From Antedon mediterranea (Eukaryota; Animalia; Echinodermata), in contig NC_092672.1 of NCBI RefSeq assembly GCF_964355755.1, positions 9,796,001 to 9,860,000 of the forward strand: 64,000 nucleotides of DNA, read 5' to 3'. A program made the position numbers and the translations under genes. Under the pieces are notes generated by a model. The model did not search any database. It worked only from the letters and a program-made list of their open reading frames with translations, and was not told the origin of the DNA. Shown in pieces: positions 14,701-27,938 of the stretch (its first letter is position 1; the number at the start of each line of letters is the position of its first letter).

Positions 14701-15507
14701 GCGAGATGTAAAAAAAAAACACCAATATTAGGGATGGACCATATTTTTTAATTGATGTATAGATACAGTAGGCATTATGGTCATTAGATTAATGTCCAAA
14801 ACCTAATAAGAATCATTCAGTACTGGATTCTTGTATTGTTTGTAGTAATACAGTACAATGGACATTTAGTTTTCCCTATGTTGAGAAAAATATTGGGTAT
14901 ACACGTAGCTGGTATCGTAGAGCAAAGATACTGTAGTAAGGGATCGCAATGACATGCCAGGGTTTTCAACCAGCAGTAGTATGACAGTGGCTGACTGCTG
15001 TATGATGATGATAAAGAATCTGTAAAATTGAAATGTCCAAGGACACATTTAGTATTGTACTATAGATATATAAATTTTTCAATGTGTATCTAAAGTATAT
15101 TTATAGTTATTGAGTAAAGCTTAGGTTGAACATGAGCAAAAAGCAGATCTTTGCTGTATTGATTGTACCAGGTGGTACATTCTATAAGATCTTCATTATC
15201 ATTTGATGTGTAGCATATGGTCTTTTTATTGTGAGTGTATAATATGGCCTTATTATGGAATTATTGATATTTATTTAAATCCATCAAAGGTGTGATTGAA
15301 TTACAGAATGTTAGTGTTTTTTTTTCAAGTTCAAAAGTTTCAATAAACCAAACCAGGCTATAGGTAAACAACAGGTGTGTATTCAGATACAAAGGTGAAT
15401 AAATATAGCTTTTCATACCAGTTTTCAAACAAAAATGAAGATAATCATTTCCACAGTATAGTGGTAGAACATATACAGTTTCCTATTTATTTTTGACAAT
15501 TGCTTAA

Positions 15508-16100
15508 AGGCCAGGTGCGGGCAAAAAATTTCTATTGATCATACATTCCAATAATTATCGATCTATAGTTTCCCCTATGTTTCATAATTTTTGGGATTTT
15601 ATTTGTGTTACACAAGCTTGTTGAAAATAAGCACTTTCTTATCAGTGGGGGGATAGTTCAAATTACACAGTAAAATCTGTATTCTTTTGTACACAAATTT
15701 TGTAAATAGAGAGGCATTTTAAAAAGCTACGAAAAATAAACAGTGTGGTAAAAAATTTTATCAGATGACTAAGTATAGGTAATATAACTTGAATATTACA
15801 TTTCTGGAATTTTTATTCAACTTCAAATTTTAATTTTCATGCTATAGCAAAAATTATCCACCGTATATCCACCATCTTTTTTCACCTACTAGGGAGTCAC
15901 AAGACATGTTATTACATTAGGTTAACTACCTAACTACTGAAAAAGGTCTTCCTGGTTTTTATGGAAGAATTTTGCAAAATTTTGTATTTGGCCATATTAA
16001 GGGAAATTCATGTTTTTTTGTCTTGATTTCTGTTACAAATATTTGATTTATGTACAATTAACCAAATATTATATTTAAAATTCATGCCTGTACCTGAGCT
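15508..16100. mobile_element. Kolobok-like non-autonomous DNA transposon
   Basis: TTAA TSD on both sides; imperfect TIR aggccaggtgcgggca / tgcctgtacctgagct beginning with AG (RR termini plus TTAA is the Kolobok signature). Confidence 0.6.
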
Positions 16101-19006
16101 TTAATTCTATAATAAATCACCTGTGTATCTTTATAAACACCTGTTGTCTGTTTATACCCTTGCTTTCAGTTATGACATGCTTTTAGTAACTTGATATAGA
16201 AAAAAGATGTTCTTATTACTGTCATTATATAATTATTGATGGTATGGCATGATGATCAATTTTTATTGACTAGCCTTGTCTTTTGCATTGAGATCCATTT
16301 TGTCAATACATTCAATGACATGCATTGTTTTAAGTCGTTTACATTCAACTAGCCTTACTATAGTACTGTACAATGTCTTCATTTCAGGATTCATTTTAAT
16401 TAAGTAGATCATGCTTCATTTATTTGACTGAAGGATATATTTGTTTATTTTTCATAAAAAATATCTTGAATATAGGCTATCTTTTAAATCTGGAATTTAG
16501 GAAGTATTAGAAGCTATTGAAGTTTTTCGATTTTGTTTGATACTGTACATTTGTTTGTAATTTTTCCTTTGTTGGGGGCTTTCATTTTGTTAAATATTGT
16601 GATCTACAGGTACAGGTACTATATACAAATAATTTACTCAACTGATGTGGATTGTTTGAAATGTGCTTTTATGTGATTTAGTTTGTTGTAATTAATTATA
16701 CAACTAATCTGGATTTTTGGAAATATTAGATTTACTGTACCTGTAGTTACTTTATTTGTTCATGTACTTTAATATATTTGTCAAATTTAGATATTAGTTT
16801 GTTATTTTTATTTGTTATTTTGATATTTCTATTAACTTTAGAGTTTGTTTCAATTGATATTGATTTTGATAATCTTTAAAAAAGTGATCCGTATAAATAT
16901 CTGGAGTGTTGGATTTAGTTTCTTTCTCATGGCATTGGTATCCTACTGTACTATTAGTACAGTACTTGGATTTAATTTGACATGAATTGAAGTATAGATG
17001 TTCGTAACCAACAAAAAGGAACTTAACTTTGGAATTTTTAATTTGATGCTCAAGTATTATGATAAACTCATTTGGTCTACTTTCAGTATGTATATTTGTG
17101 TATTCTGATATCTATCTCAAAATATCAAGTACAACGAATTGTTAAAAAGTTAAGTAGGGAAAAGTTATTAAAATTAAATCTCTTCACTGATCAGATCCAT
17201 AGTATAACTTGGAAAACATTTGGTTTTAATACTAGTGCTTAAAAGTAAAGAAACTTAACTTTAAGTGTGTTATTTTATTTCAATTGATCTGGAGGGTATT
17301 TTAATTTGTATTCAATTCAAGATAAAACTTAATATTGTTGAAGGTAAAATAGGTAATTACTTATGTATTTATTCAAGATCCAACAGTGTAAAGAAAAAAA
17401 CACCAAAACAGGATCGCCATAAAATATACATTTGATTTACATAAAAAAGAACAAGGAACAGATTTATATATTATTAAAAATGACATTAAAATCAGAAGTA
17501 GCTCTTCCCTGGTCAAATTCATAACAGATCTAGTACATTTGTTTACTAGTCACGCTATATACTGTAGATGATTTTGCCAAATTTTAGTCAAATTTAATTA
17601 ATATATTTTTGTTTATTTGTTAAACTTTTCAGACAATTTTAATTTGTAGAATTAATTACTAATCAGTCTAATGTATATATTGTTTTATCATACAATATCT
17701 TAGAGCCTGTCTTTCTTGTAGATCCCAAGTTCACTATTTTGAACTTTATTGCCTTGGGCGTTAATTTAGGTTGAGACGAAGGAAGTTTGCATTTTAAATC
17801 CACGGTTATTAAATATTATATCTATAAATTCATATTTCCCAATTAATTCTGGAAAAAAAGTTAAAGAAACAGAGAGTTATTGCTTATTTCCATATTGTAC
17901 TGTCTGGCTACTGATACACTGGAAATTATTCAAAGCATTAGGAATTTTGTCAATTGGTGAAATATTAACAGTAATTTTATTTTCTGCTTGAAGAACTTTT
18001 TATTCAGGATACAAGATTTATTACTGGTGTTTCCTTACAAGATGTGTCAGGTGTCATAAACATGTTTTAGTTTATTTTATCTGATGTTTTATGATGCTTT
18101 TATTGAATGCAAATTACAAGGTTTTAATGTTTTGAAACTATTGAATTTTTATTGAATATTCAATGTCTTCTTACAGATCTGTTTTCAATAAAAGAGTGAT
18201 TGTTTTGTATCATCATTTATTAAGAAATAATTAGTGTAAACCACCTACTAACTACTGAAACAGACCATTCATTTAATTCAAAATGAAAATTCAAGGTGTT
18301 ACTGTAGGTTAGCATATGATACCAAAGTCATGCACCATTGCTATTGACCGAAGTCAAGTGACCAATCAAATTGATTCTTGGATACCAGATTTTCACCCTG
18401 ATTGGGAAACTTTTATTTATCATCACTATTAACTTACCTTGAGTTTAAACAAAACATCACTAATTAAAACAAGCTACCTTATTAAATGATTTTTAACCAT
18501 TACTGAATATACTGGAGGTAATTTAGATTTTCCAGGCCTGAGTTTACCATAAAGTTGTCATCATTTTTTTAGCTTTAAAAAAACCAAAATAAATTAGTTT
18601 TTAATTATTCAACTACACTTCAACTTGCTAGCTCTGTTTACTATATTATAGTGAGATGGATTATTTTAATTTATTTACCAGTTCATCTCAATGTTTCTAT
18701 GGACTTTCCTATAGGTTTTTATGCTGTAGGTTTGATCACTTTCTTTGTTGTGTGTTAATTTATCCAAGTTTGTCGGCTGTTATTTGAAACTCTCTCGAGT
18801 AACTCTTTAAAGTATCAATCTGAAAGCAAGAGAAGGAAACAACACTGTAAATTGTCCTTGCATTTAAAATCGGGATATCGACACAAGCCACCAAGTTTTG
18901 AATTGGCTCCAAATTGAATCGAAAGAACAAGCGATTGTTATTAGCTGGACTTAATTGTAGTTGTGTTTGCCTTGTTATTGGTACGGTGCGATTGCTCCGG
19001 TACACT

Positions 19007-19082
19007 ATGTTGCAAACAGTGAATAAGGATATATTTGATGGGGCTAAAATGAAGCGGACTTTTGATAGCCGATTGATTCTTG
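19007..19082 (+). CDS. KAZN: Candidate first coding exon 1c: MLQTVNKDIFDGAKMKRTFDSRLIL(A)
   Basis: ATG at 19007, donor TTG|GTAGGT, 76 nt gives phase 1. Preceded by CpG-containing unique sequence (about 18770-19000) that looks like a 5' UTR or promoter. Confidence 0.5.
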
Positions 19083-19502
19083 GTAGGTATTTTATATTCA
19101 TTGCATCTAAGTAATTACATTTTGGTAGATTTTTTTCTTCAGTTTTATGAACCAGTAAATTAATATTATTATACTAATGTGAATAACTAGTATTTTCAAG
19201 CCTGAGTACTTAAATGTGATTTACATAGGAAAATCATTTTGCAAAACATAAAATAACATTAATTTGTAATAGTATTTGATTAAAAATTAATATTTTTGCG
19301 TGAATTTCCCCTGTGATAATTTAGCATTTTGTGAAATCGATCTTTCTGTTCATTACCGGTATTTAGGCCTACGGTACATGAATATAAATGCATCCTGTTG
19401 ATGATGATAATGACATTATTATACTCAGTTAAAAGTCAATTACTGTTAAGTACAGTGTGTTTACACTTTAACCTGATTTTATGAATTTAGAAAGTTTTTT
19501 AA

Positions 19503-20552
19503 CACTTTGACTGCCACTTTGACTGGTTTTTCCAGTTAGAAACTGCCACCGCCAGCGTTTATAGCCCAATTAGATGTTTTTATTAAAGCTGATTGAAACT
19601 ATGTATGTGATCTGATTTAAATGTAATTTAGACTAAAATAATCATATTTTAGCTTTACAATGGTACCAAGAACGATTTTCAAATTGCAATATGTAAATCG
19701 TAATAGTAAAATGAAAGTAACCCACTTTTTGAGTTTTTCGTAGTTTCGCGCAAGAAATTCGAGATATTCGCGATTTTGTGCAAGACATCACAATATGAAA
19801 ATATCGCCCGGTGAGATCAACAAACAACGAAAAAGTTACTTACACGGCACCGGTAGGCCTATAAAAACAAGTTATCACTATCGAAAAATGTATTACATTT
19901 TATAAATCATAAACCTTACATCAATGTTTCGCCAAAATCCACATAGTAAAGACATCAGGCCTAGTTAACTAGGCCTAAAGTTGGTCCGGAACCGTTTTAC
20001 GACTAGGCCTAGGCTATAGCCTAGATAGTACTAGCCTACTAGCCTAGCGAGTAAATTGATAATATTCATACCATTTCTAAACAAGTTTGTTGCGTGAAAC
20101 TCGGCCACTTACAGTGAAACACCAAAACAATTAGGGTATACATACAATAATAAAATTAAAGACTTCATATTGAAAATTCATCCATTGTTTTTTATTCAGA
20201 TAACAAACAAACATGCCAATCCACATAAACCTTTGTAATGCTCGGCGGCAAAGCTAGCGTGCGACCGATACACAATGCGCCAAACCATCGCTGTACGCGC
20301 TACTGTGAAGCGCGGTGTATGTTATTTCGGCAGGTACCATTTTGACAATCGTTCGTAACCAGATTAGTTACTTTCAAAAAGTAAAATATTCACGGTCCAG
20401 ACCGAATATAGTGTCCATATTTATAGTATATACCAATAATTAACCTATCTACCAGATTTCGTAAAAAAACGCGAAAAACAAAGATCTTCGTGTTTGGCAG
20501 TCAAGCGTTGTGTTTCCAAAAACGAAGATCTTCGTGTTTGGCAGTCAAAGTG
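19503..20552. mobile_element. piggyBac-like non-autonomous element
   Basis: TTAA TSD; TIR cactttgactgcca / tggcagtcaaagtg; right-end 24-bp motif repeated at 20481-20504 and 20525-20548. Confidence 0.8.
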
Positions 20553-21235
20553 TTAATGTAATTGTCACACATTACTTGCAAAAACTGCCTTGTACAGTAC
20601 ATTGTAAATTGAAACAAACTAGAGTCATACAGTACATTTATACAGTAAAAAGTGTAGTTACTACAGTACAGTAACAGTAGTAAGATAATGTTGAATGATT
20701 CCTTTAAAAATAATTTAATTTGCTTAAATGAAGATTATTACATTGATTTCAATTATATACCTAATTTTGAACAAACAAAATTTAAGATAAATGTTCTTAA
20801 ATTAAAAAGTATATTATATTTATATCAAAAAAGAAAGGCAACTTGTGGTACTGTATGCTTGCTGACTTATACTTTCTACCATAAATTTGCTACTGTATGA
20901 GGAAATCAGTAGTCAAGAGTGAGTACCGGTAGGCAGCCTACGTAATGTTAAAGTACTTCCCTTGTAAGTTGGCCATTGATTGAGTTTTGGATGTTGGAAC
21001 ATTATAAATGTCACATATACTCACATGTTCTGGATAGAATTTCCTCATACTGATGAAGTATGAAAGTAGGGTTAACATCCTTAATATTTCGGCTGTACCA
21101 ATTAGTACCCCCGGAAAGATAGATAGTGGTAACAAAGTTTCAATACCACAGTGGCTATTGATTAAAAGTTGTCAATGTTGATCAATGTATGTTTATATAT
21201 TTATATTTGGTCGAATGATGATTTGCAATTACTTA

Positions 21236-21374
21236 AGCTCTGTCTACACTATTAAATATTAGTTTGACAAAAAAAGTGTCAGGTGGCCAAATATGTGGTA
21301 GTAATATGATGTCATCGTATACATATATGGACACATCTCATTGTCACTTAAATTTTGATAGTGTAGACAGAGCT
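21236..21374. mobile_element. Short MITE, AGCTCTGTCTACACTATCAAA family, copy 1
   Basis: TIR agctctgtctacactat / atagtgtagacagagct; four copies in the window. Confidence 0.8.
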
Positions 21375-22482
21375 TAAGGGCAAATAAAGGCACAAAAAAG
21401 AACCTATAGTATCATAAGAATGGGTTAAAATACCCAAACAGTTTCTGGTCTCAATCACCAATAACCACTTTTGAACTTTCCGGCAGAGCAATTTTGAGCT
21501 CCAATGCAACAACAGTCTCAATTTGACACTGAAAACAGTGTGAACAGTCTAACTTCTGCTTAACGAACTACATTATGGGAACTATAATTACATCATTTTA
21601 TAGCAAACCCTACCCTAGCTGGAACGCTCAGCTACTAAAATCCATGCCAAAGAAAAATGTTTGTTTGAGATTCTTAAATAGAAACAGAAGAGGCAATAGT
21701 ATACTGGGCAGTAGTACGGAATTGAAGCTGGAATTTGTTGGCGTTTCAAAATTCACTGAATATAATGTTAAGTTAAGAGTATGTAAAAAAAAATGCAACG
21801 TAACGTGAATGTCCTTAACATTGTGTTAATATTTATAGACCTCAGGTGCAATGATTGATAGGAATAATGATGATAAAAAACATAAGTTTCATACTTTCTG
21901 TTCTGTTTACATTAAAACAAAGACATCATTCTTGAAAGGTACTCAATAAAGTATTGTATATAGTAAATTTGAATGCGATTGTTTCATTTTCTTTTTCTTC
22001 TGCTAATTAACAACTTCCTTATTACAGCCAAAGTTTACATTACATTGGATTATAGAATCATTAACTTCAATTAAAGTGGTTCGTTTTTAAACTTCTTTAG
22101 AAATTCAAAAAATGTGGTGTGTGATACCTTATTTTCTTTATACTGATTATGGACAATGAAAGTTGTTGAATGATGGTATAGTATAGCTACAGTAGGCTTA
22201 TTACTCTGGGCCTACAAGACATATCGGGTGATATTTTAAATTCAAAAGGAGCAATAAAGTAACAAGTCAGACTTGTGTATGAAGGCACATATACGTTTTA
22301 CCTTATATTTATAACATAGTGTACAGTACATACCTATATTAATAATATACACACTTCTACAAAACTGTTTGTCTGTCTTGTCTGTTTTATTACTGATATT
22401 CTCCAATAAATTTCTCTATTTCTGAGTCTTTGGTTGTTTCCTCCATTACACGATAACTTTTATAACGTTTGTATTTTTTCAG

Positions 22483-22703
22483 CAATCCAGTCCCTAGACA
22501 CTCTCAATGACCAGATAGTCCAGTTCATCCTCTCGCCAAAGTCTTCCGAAAATGATACAAGTATCTCACACCCACCTGAACGAGATTCCCTCAAGTCAAA
22601 TCTGGCGTTGATGAGACGACTACTCGTTGATGCACAATCAAAATTCCGTAAGGTCATGGAGGAAAACAAAAGGTTAACATCTCGGATAGATAATTCACTA
22701 CAG
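22483..22703 (+). CDS. KAZN: Kazrin common coding exon (IQSLDTLNDQ...MRRLLVDAQSKFRKVMEENKRLTSRIDNSLQ)
   Basis: Acceptor ttttttcag|, donor CAG|GTGAGA; phase 1 to 0. The 3' end matches the kazrin N-terminus MMEDNKQLALRIDGAVQ. Confidence 0.92.
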
Positions 22704-22721
22704 GTGAGAAACACATTGAAT

Positions 22722-23434
22722 GGGTATTGCTAAACACCGCAAACCCCGAAAACCTCCAAAAAACATAGCAAACCCCACCGAACCAACATAAAAGTGATTG
22801 AATCATGTAGTGTACGACCCACTGGGTATATCAATGTAAAAAAAAAAATTAAATTTCTACTGTTAACAACTTATTTTTGGGGTAAAACATCATTTTTTGA
22901 TAAAAAATGATTGCTAAACCCCTCAAACCTCCAAAAAACCATAGCAAACCCCACCGAACCAACATAAAAGTGATTGAATAATGTAGTGTACGACCCACTG
23001 GGTATATAAATTATTAAATTTCTACTGTTAACTACTTTTTTGGGGATAAACCATCATTTTTTGGTTAAAAATTAGCAATCATTTTTGACCAAAAAATGAT
23101 GTTTTACCCCAAAAATAAGTAGTTAACAGTAGAAATTTAATATTTTTTTTTTTACACGGATATACCCAGTGGGTTGTACACTTCATGATTCAATCACTTT
23201 TATGTTGGTTCGGTGGGGTTTGCTATGGTTTTTTGGAGGTTTGCGGGGTTTAGCAATCATTTTTGACCAAAAAATGATGTTTTACCCCAAAAATAAGTTG
23301 TTAACAATAGAAATTTAATTTTTTTTTACATTGATATACCCAGTGGGCGGTACACTATATGATGCAATCACTTTTATGTTGGTTCGATGGGGTTTGCTAT
23401 GTTTTTTGGAGGTTTGCGGGGTTTAGCAATACCC
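22722..23434. mobile_element. Foldback-type element: whole-element palindrome of about 175-bp units, 8-bp TSD (Merlin-like ends)
   Basis: gggtattgctaaa ... tttagcaataccc; cattgaat duplicated at 22714-22721 and 23435-23442; two forward units followed by two reversed units. Confidence 0.88.
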
Positions 23435-23551
23435 CATTGAATTCCATTGTGAGTATCAAAAAACATAGATAGAATGTGCTACAACAAATTTGAGCACATG
23501 TACAGTAGTATACGCTATAGTTTGCATTACACACATTTTTTGTGGACTCTA

Positions 23552-23697
23552 CAGGGACGTAGCCACGAGTACGGTTGGTAAGGGGTCAACCTTACAACTT
23601 TTCACGGAGGCCTTTGACAACCCGGTGGATTGAAAAAACATTGTTCCCTTTTCTTGGTGAAAACTGGACCACTTTATTTCTCATGGCTACATCACTG
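23552..23697 (+). mobile_element. Short CAG-terminated MITE (cagggacgtagcca...tggctacatcactg)
   Basis: Imperfect TIRs; homologous copies at 29710-29872 and 10240-10381. Confidence 0.6.
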
Positions 23698-24629
23698 TAT
23701 GCACTTTCATTTAACCTAATTTTATTCCCTATGAAAATGTGCATTACATTTGATCAGTTACAATATAATCAAATATACCAATTGCAATTAAATTAATTAA
23801 TTTTATAACATTTCTGATGTACAGTAATATTGGTCAGATGCACTTAATACTACAGTATATGAGAACATCTTGTTCCCTGAAAACTGCTCCACAGTAGGCC
23901 TACAATTATCATCCAATTGTGATATAAATTATCAGAATCTTTATTGTATTGTTAACACTCTATTGTGTGTTTGGTATTTTGAACTTGATATATGACTTTA
24001 CAAAGATATACAGTATTACAACTTTATAGAAGTTTAAAAAATGGATTGACAATTCGTTCTTTATTATTGCCTGTATTCAATATCTTTCTATTAAACAATA
24101 TCTTACGGAAATACTTTGTAACACCTAAAAGACATATTTAAGGGATCAGTATATGTGCGGGCTTCATATGGTCTATATTTCCTATAATTAAATCCTTATT
24201 GTCTATAAAGTTCTTAACCAAACTTTAAAAAAACTTGTTCAAGCTGTTCACGATGGTGAAGATAATGCTATCATTTTTAAATAATAACATTTCCTTTCCA
24301 ATTCTAATTTTGATTAGATTTCAAAGGTTGAACCCAAACACAAAATACATATAGTAATTATAACCAAAATATGCATCGTCATATCATATTTTTATTACAG
24401 ATAATTTCATTTCCTATACGAACAAATATTTTTAAAAATTATATTTTACTTTGTTGTTTTTCATCGGAGTGTCATAAATGAATAATTCATTAAAAGTAAC
24501 TTCCCAAACAGAGTTTGCGTTCAAATACAGCTCCTATTTTTATACTGTACACTAAATATTAAACCAACAAGTCTCCAGCGCTTCAAGGGAGATATTGTAT
24601 GTGTGCATACTGCATTTTTATCCAGCAGT

Positions 24630-24824
24630 AGGCCTCTCAGTGACATAACGCAGAGGTTTAAAGCCCATAGTTTACAAACCCTAAGTGGCCCGCCAACGCT
24701 GGAGACCTGTGTCGTTTTTAGCCTATTTTAATGCGTGTTTTTTTTCCTCTGGGCACTGCTCAGGGGCCCCATAGCTGGCTAATTTTAGCCAATGAGCACT
24801 TATAGCCGTTGCGTAACTGGGCCT
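24630..24824. mobile_element. Degenerate MITE candidate
   Basis: aggcctctcagtgacataacg versus cgttgcgtaactgggcct form loose inverted ends; GC-richer than the flanks. Confidence 0.3.
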
Positions 24825-25398
24825 ATAACTGTAGGTATCGAAATACATATTTCTAAACATTTGTATTTTTTATTTGATCATTTATTAAAGCTAACAATCT
24901 ACAAAAAGAACTAAGATTTAAGTAAGATTAAAATATGATTTAATGTTTACGTCTTGTCTTTTCATCTGTTCTTTGGATTTCCAATTTGCACAAAGAGATC
25001 AGAAACAGGAAACACCTTAAGTCTATTGTTTCCCTTTTGTATTTCATTATCCTGGAAATTTCCAGGTTAAAAATTAAATAGGAACAATTTTTAAAATATG
25101 ATATAATGTTATTGTTGTAGCATAGGGATTAAGTAATATCTATGTAGATATATACATTTTTGAGGTTCAGATCATGACAATTTTTTTTAAACAAAAGAAA
25201 ATCAACAATATAACCCTTCCACCTGTTTTGTTTTATCCCATGGCATTTTATGACCATGCAATAGTTTGTTAAAATTCTGTAACTGAGTATAGTGTTGGGG
25301 CCTGGGTTCGGGGTATGAAGTTTGTTTTGATTGCATTAACATCTTACCTGTCTCCGAGCAGAGAAATCCACAAAAATTAATTAAAAAAACTGTGAGCA

Positions 25399-26204
25399 TG
25401 TTGAACCCACAAATGTGAAAACGCCCACAAATGTGAAAACAACCACAAATGTGAAAACGCATCACCCACAAATGTAATAAAACAGCGCCCACAAATGTGA
25501 AAACGACCATCGCCCACAAATGTAAAAAAAAAATCAAATCAAATTTAGTGCTAGACTCAAACAAGTTTGATCAAGTTAATACATTATATCATGTGTATTG
25601 AGTTGTTTCAATAATTGTGTGTTCACGATACGTCTGTTAGAGTCGTCATTAACGCGTTGGAATATTACCATGTTCGATGTTTTTTGCATCGACTTGGAAC
25701 TATACGTACATAATAGTAAGTCAACCAGTTAACAACTACACAACTACAAGCAACAATGATATAACATGGCCTTGATCTGGAAGGAAGTATTGTGCATGCG
25801 CGCAGCAAATATCGTCTTGAACTATACGTACATTAAACCACCAACAAGTTAACATGCAAATATCGCGCGCACGAGCAGTAAATTGTAATAATCCAACGCG
25901 TTAACGATGACCCTAACAGACGTATCGTGAACACACAATTTTTGAAACAACTCAATACAATGTATATACATTAACATTAACTCGATCAAAATTGTTTGGG
26001 TCTAGCACTAAATTTGATTTGGATTCTTTTTTACATTTGTGGGCGACAAGATCTCTCTTTTTTTCACATTTGTGGGCGCTGTTTTCACATTTGTGGGTGA
26101 TGCGTTTTTACAATTGTGGTTGTTTTCACATTTGTGGGTGATACGTTTTCACATTTGTGGTTGTTTTCACATTTGTGGGCGTTTTCACATTTGTGGGTTC
26201 AACA
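25399..26204. mobile_element. Long-TIR non-autonomous element with TGT...ACA termini and 6-bp TSD
   Basis: tgttgaacccacaaatgtg ... cacatttgtgggttcaaca; tgagca duplicated on both sides; about 300-bp inverted arms containing tandem cccacaaatgtgaaaa units. Confidence 0.88.
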
Positions 26205-27938
26205 TGAGCACCTCTTGACCATTAGGTTTGTACTCACTGTACAGTTATTAAGAATATATACAACTTTCAAACAGAAACAGAACAAATTTTCAGTAATCGG
26301 CTAAATGGAATTCTAAAAAAAATCAGTTAAAAACACCCAATTAATGTTAGAATATCATTTAAGTGGTTATCGCTGTACATTAACTTTTACTGTATCTTAT
26401 TTTAACGTTTTTTTGTTAAAGACCAACCAAAAATGTAAACTAAAGCAGAAATTTGGTCGGCATAAAAATTATATTTTTTAAATAAACAGTTTATTCAATG
26501 CTACAGTATATGCAGCAGAAACAAGTCCTATAAAAGCTTTCACTGTACTTTTACATACTGATTATTTTTTACAGGTAAAATAATAGATCATGTGAATGTT
26601 TGATATGTAGCACATGAGGTGCTCCATTTTCGTAACTGGTGTAATACTTGCTCTACATTTCTTATTCTAGATTTCAATCTCATTTCCTGAAGATCTTCAG
26701 CTCTGTGTTTCCATATGTTCACATGTTTCTAATAAAAACAGTTTAATTCCCATGTACTTTTGTTTTTTGTTTTTTTTTTTCAAAAGAAAAGAAAGTGTTT
26801 GAAACATTTTCCCATACTTTTTTTTATGTGACAATGTTTCCAATTGCCCTATTGTTAATTATTAATTAATATCTTCCTAGTAATGTTTGTCACATTTTCA
26901 CGTAATTAAGCAAAATCAAATATCTAAAATAAATATACTGTTTTTGTTATAGATTTTTAGGTTAATTTTGTGCATAACTTACTGGGATAGCCAAATTCTT
27001 TCCAAAGAGACTAAATATTAAAAATAAGAGAGAGGATATGTTTTGTCATTTTGTTTCATTTTATCTACAGCAGCCAATTAAAAGCTTGCTTATTGCGTTA
27101 TAAGAATGAATTATTTATGAAAAGACATTCGGTTAAAAATCTATTGTCCCCTAAAACAAATATAAAAATATGAAGATCAATAAATCAAACTTTGAATAAG
27201 TTATTTTGTAGTTTTAATAAAGCTAATAACTTCCATTGAAAAAAAACAAACAAATAATTTGGTTAAATTCAACCAAATTTGACTATTTTTGTGCTTTAAA
27301 TTACATTTTTTTCAGGTCAATACATTTTTATTTCAATCTAATATCATAGTGGATAACTATGTGACAATAAAATGGTATATTAAAAAAAAAAATTATAAAT
27401 TATACATCTTTAAGCTCCCTTAGCTCCCGGATTAAACCCTAGTCAGGCCTTCCATTGTCATTCTTTCTTTATTTTCCAAAGTTACCTTGCAAAATAAAAC
27501 TTGATGTTTTTCTTATATGTAATCTTAGGATGCTGTGAACAAATTCAAATTACATTTTTGCTATTGGATTATATAAAATAACAACAGTGTAAATAACTAT
27601 TCTATAACCATGTAGGTTATCCTGAATAACAGTAATTAAATGTGTTTCTGATCGATTACCGTATAATATCATCCGTTGCACTTTATGATTTCATTGGAAA
27701 TCCCGCTTTGACATAAGGCCAAATGTGGTGTCATTCTTTTTGCCAAAATGGCTGTTTATAAATTACTTGCCAATAAGGTTGTTATAATTCATTTGACAGA
27801 GTCAGTTTCTATAATTAAATCTTTGAGATTTAGAAAAACCTGCCCCATTTTGTTGATATGTTTAATAATTGACACTAATCAGTGTTATCATTATGTTTGC
27901 CAAGTTTATTATCATTTCAAATTCTTCAGACAGTATAA

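Noticed and set aside
25202-26304. ORFs with FHICG / FSHLW repeats
   Set aside because: Translations of the tandem motifs in the TIRs of the element at 25399-26204.
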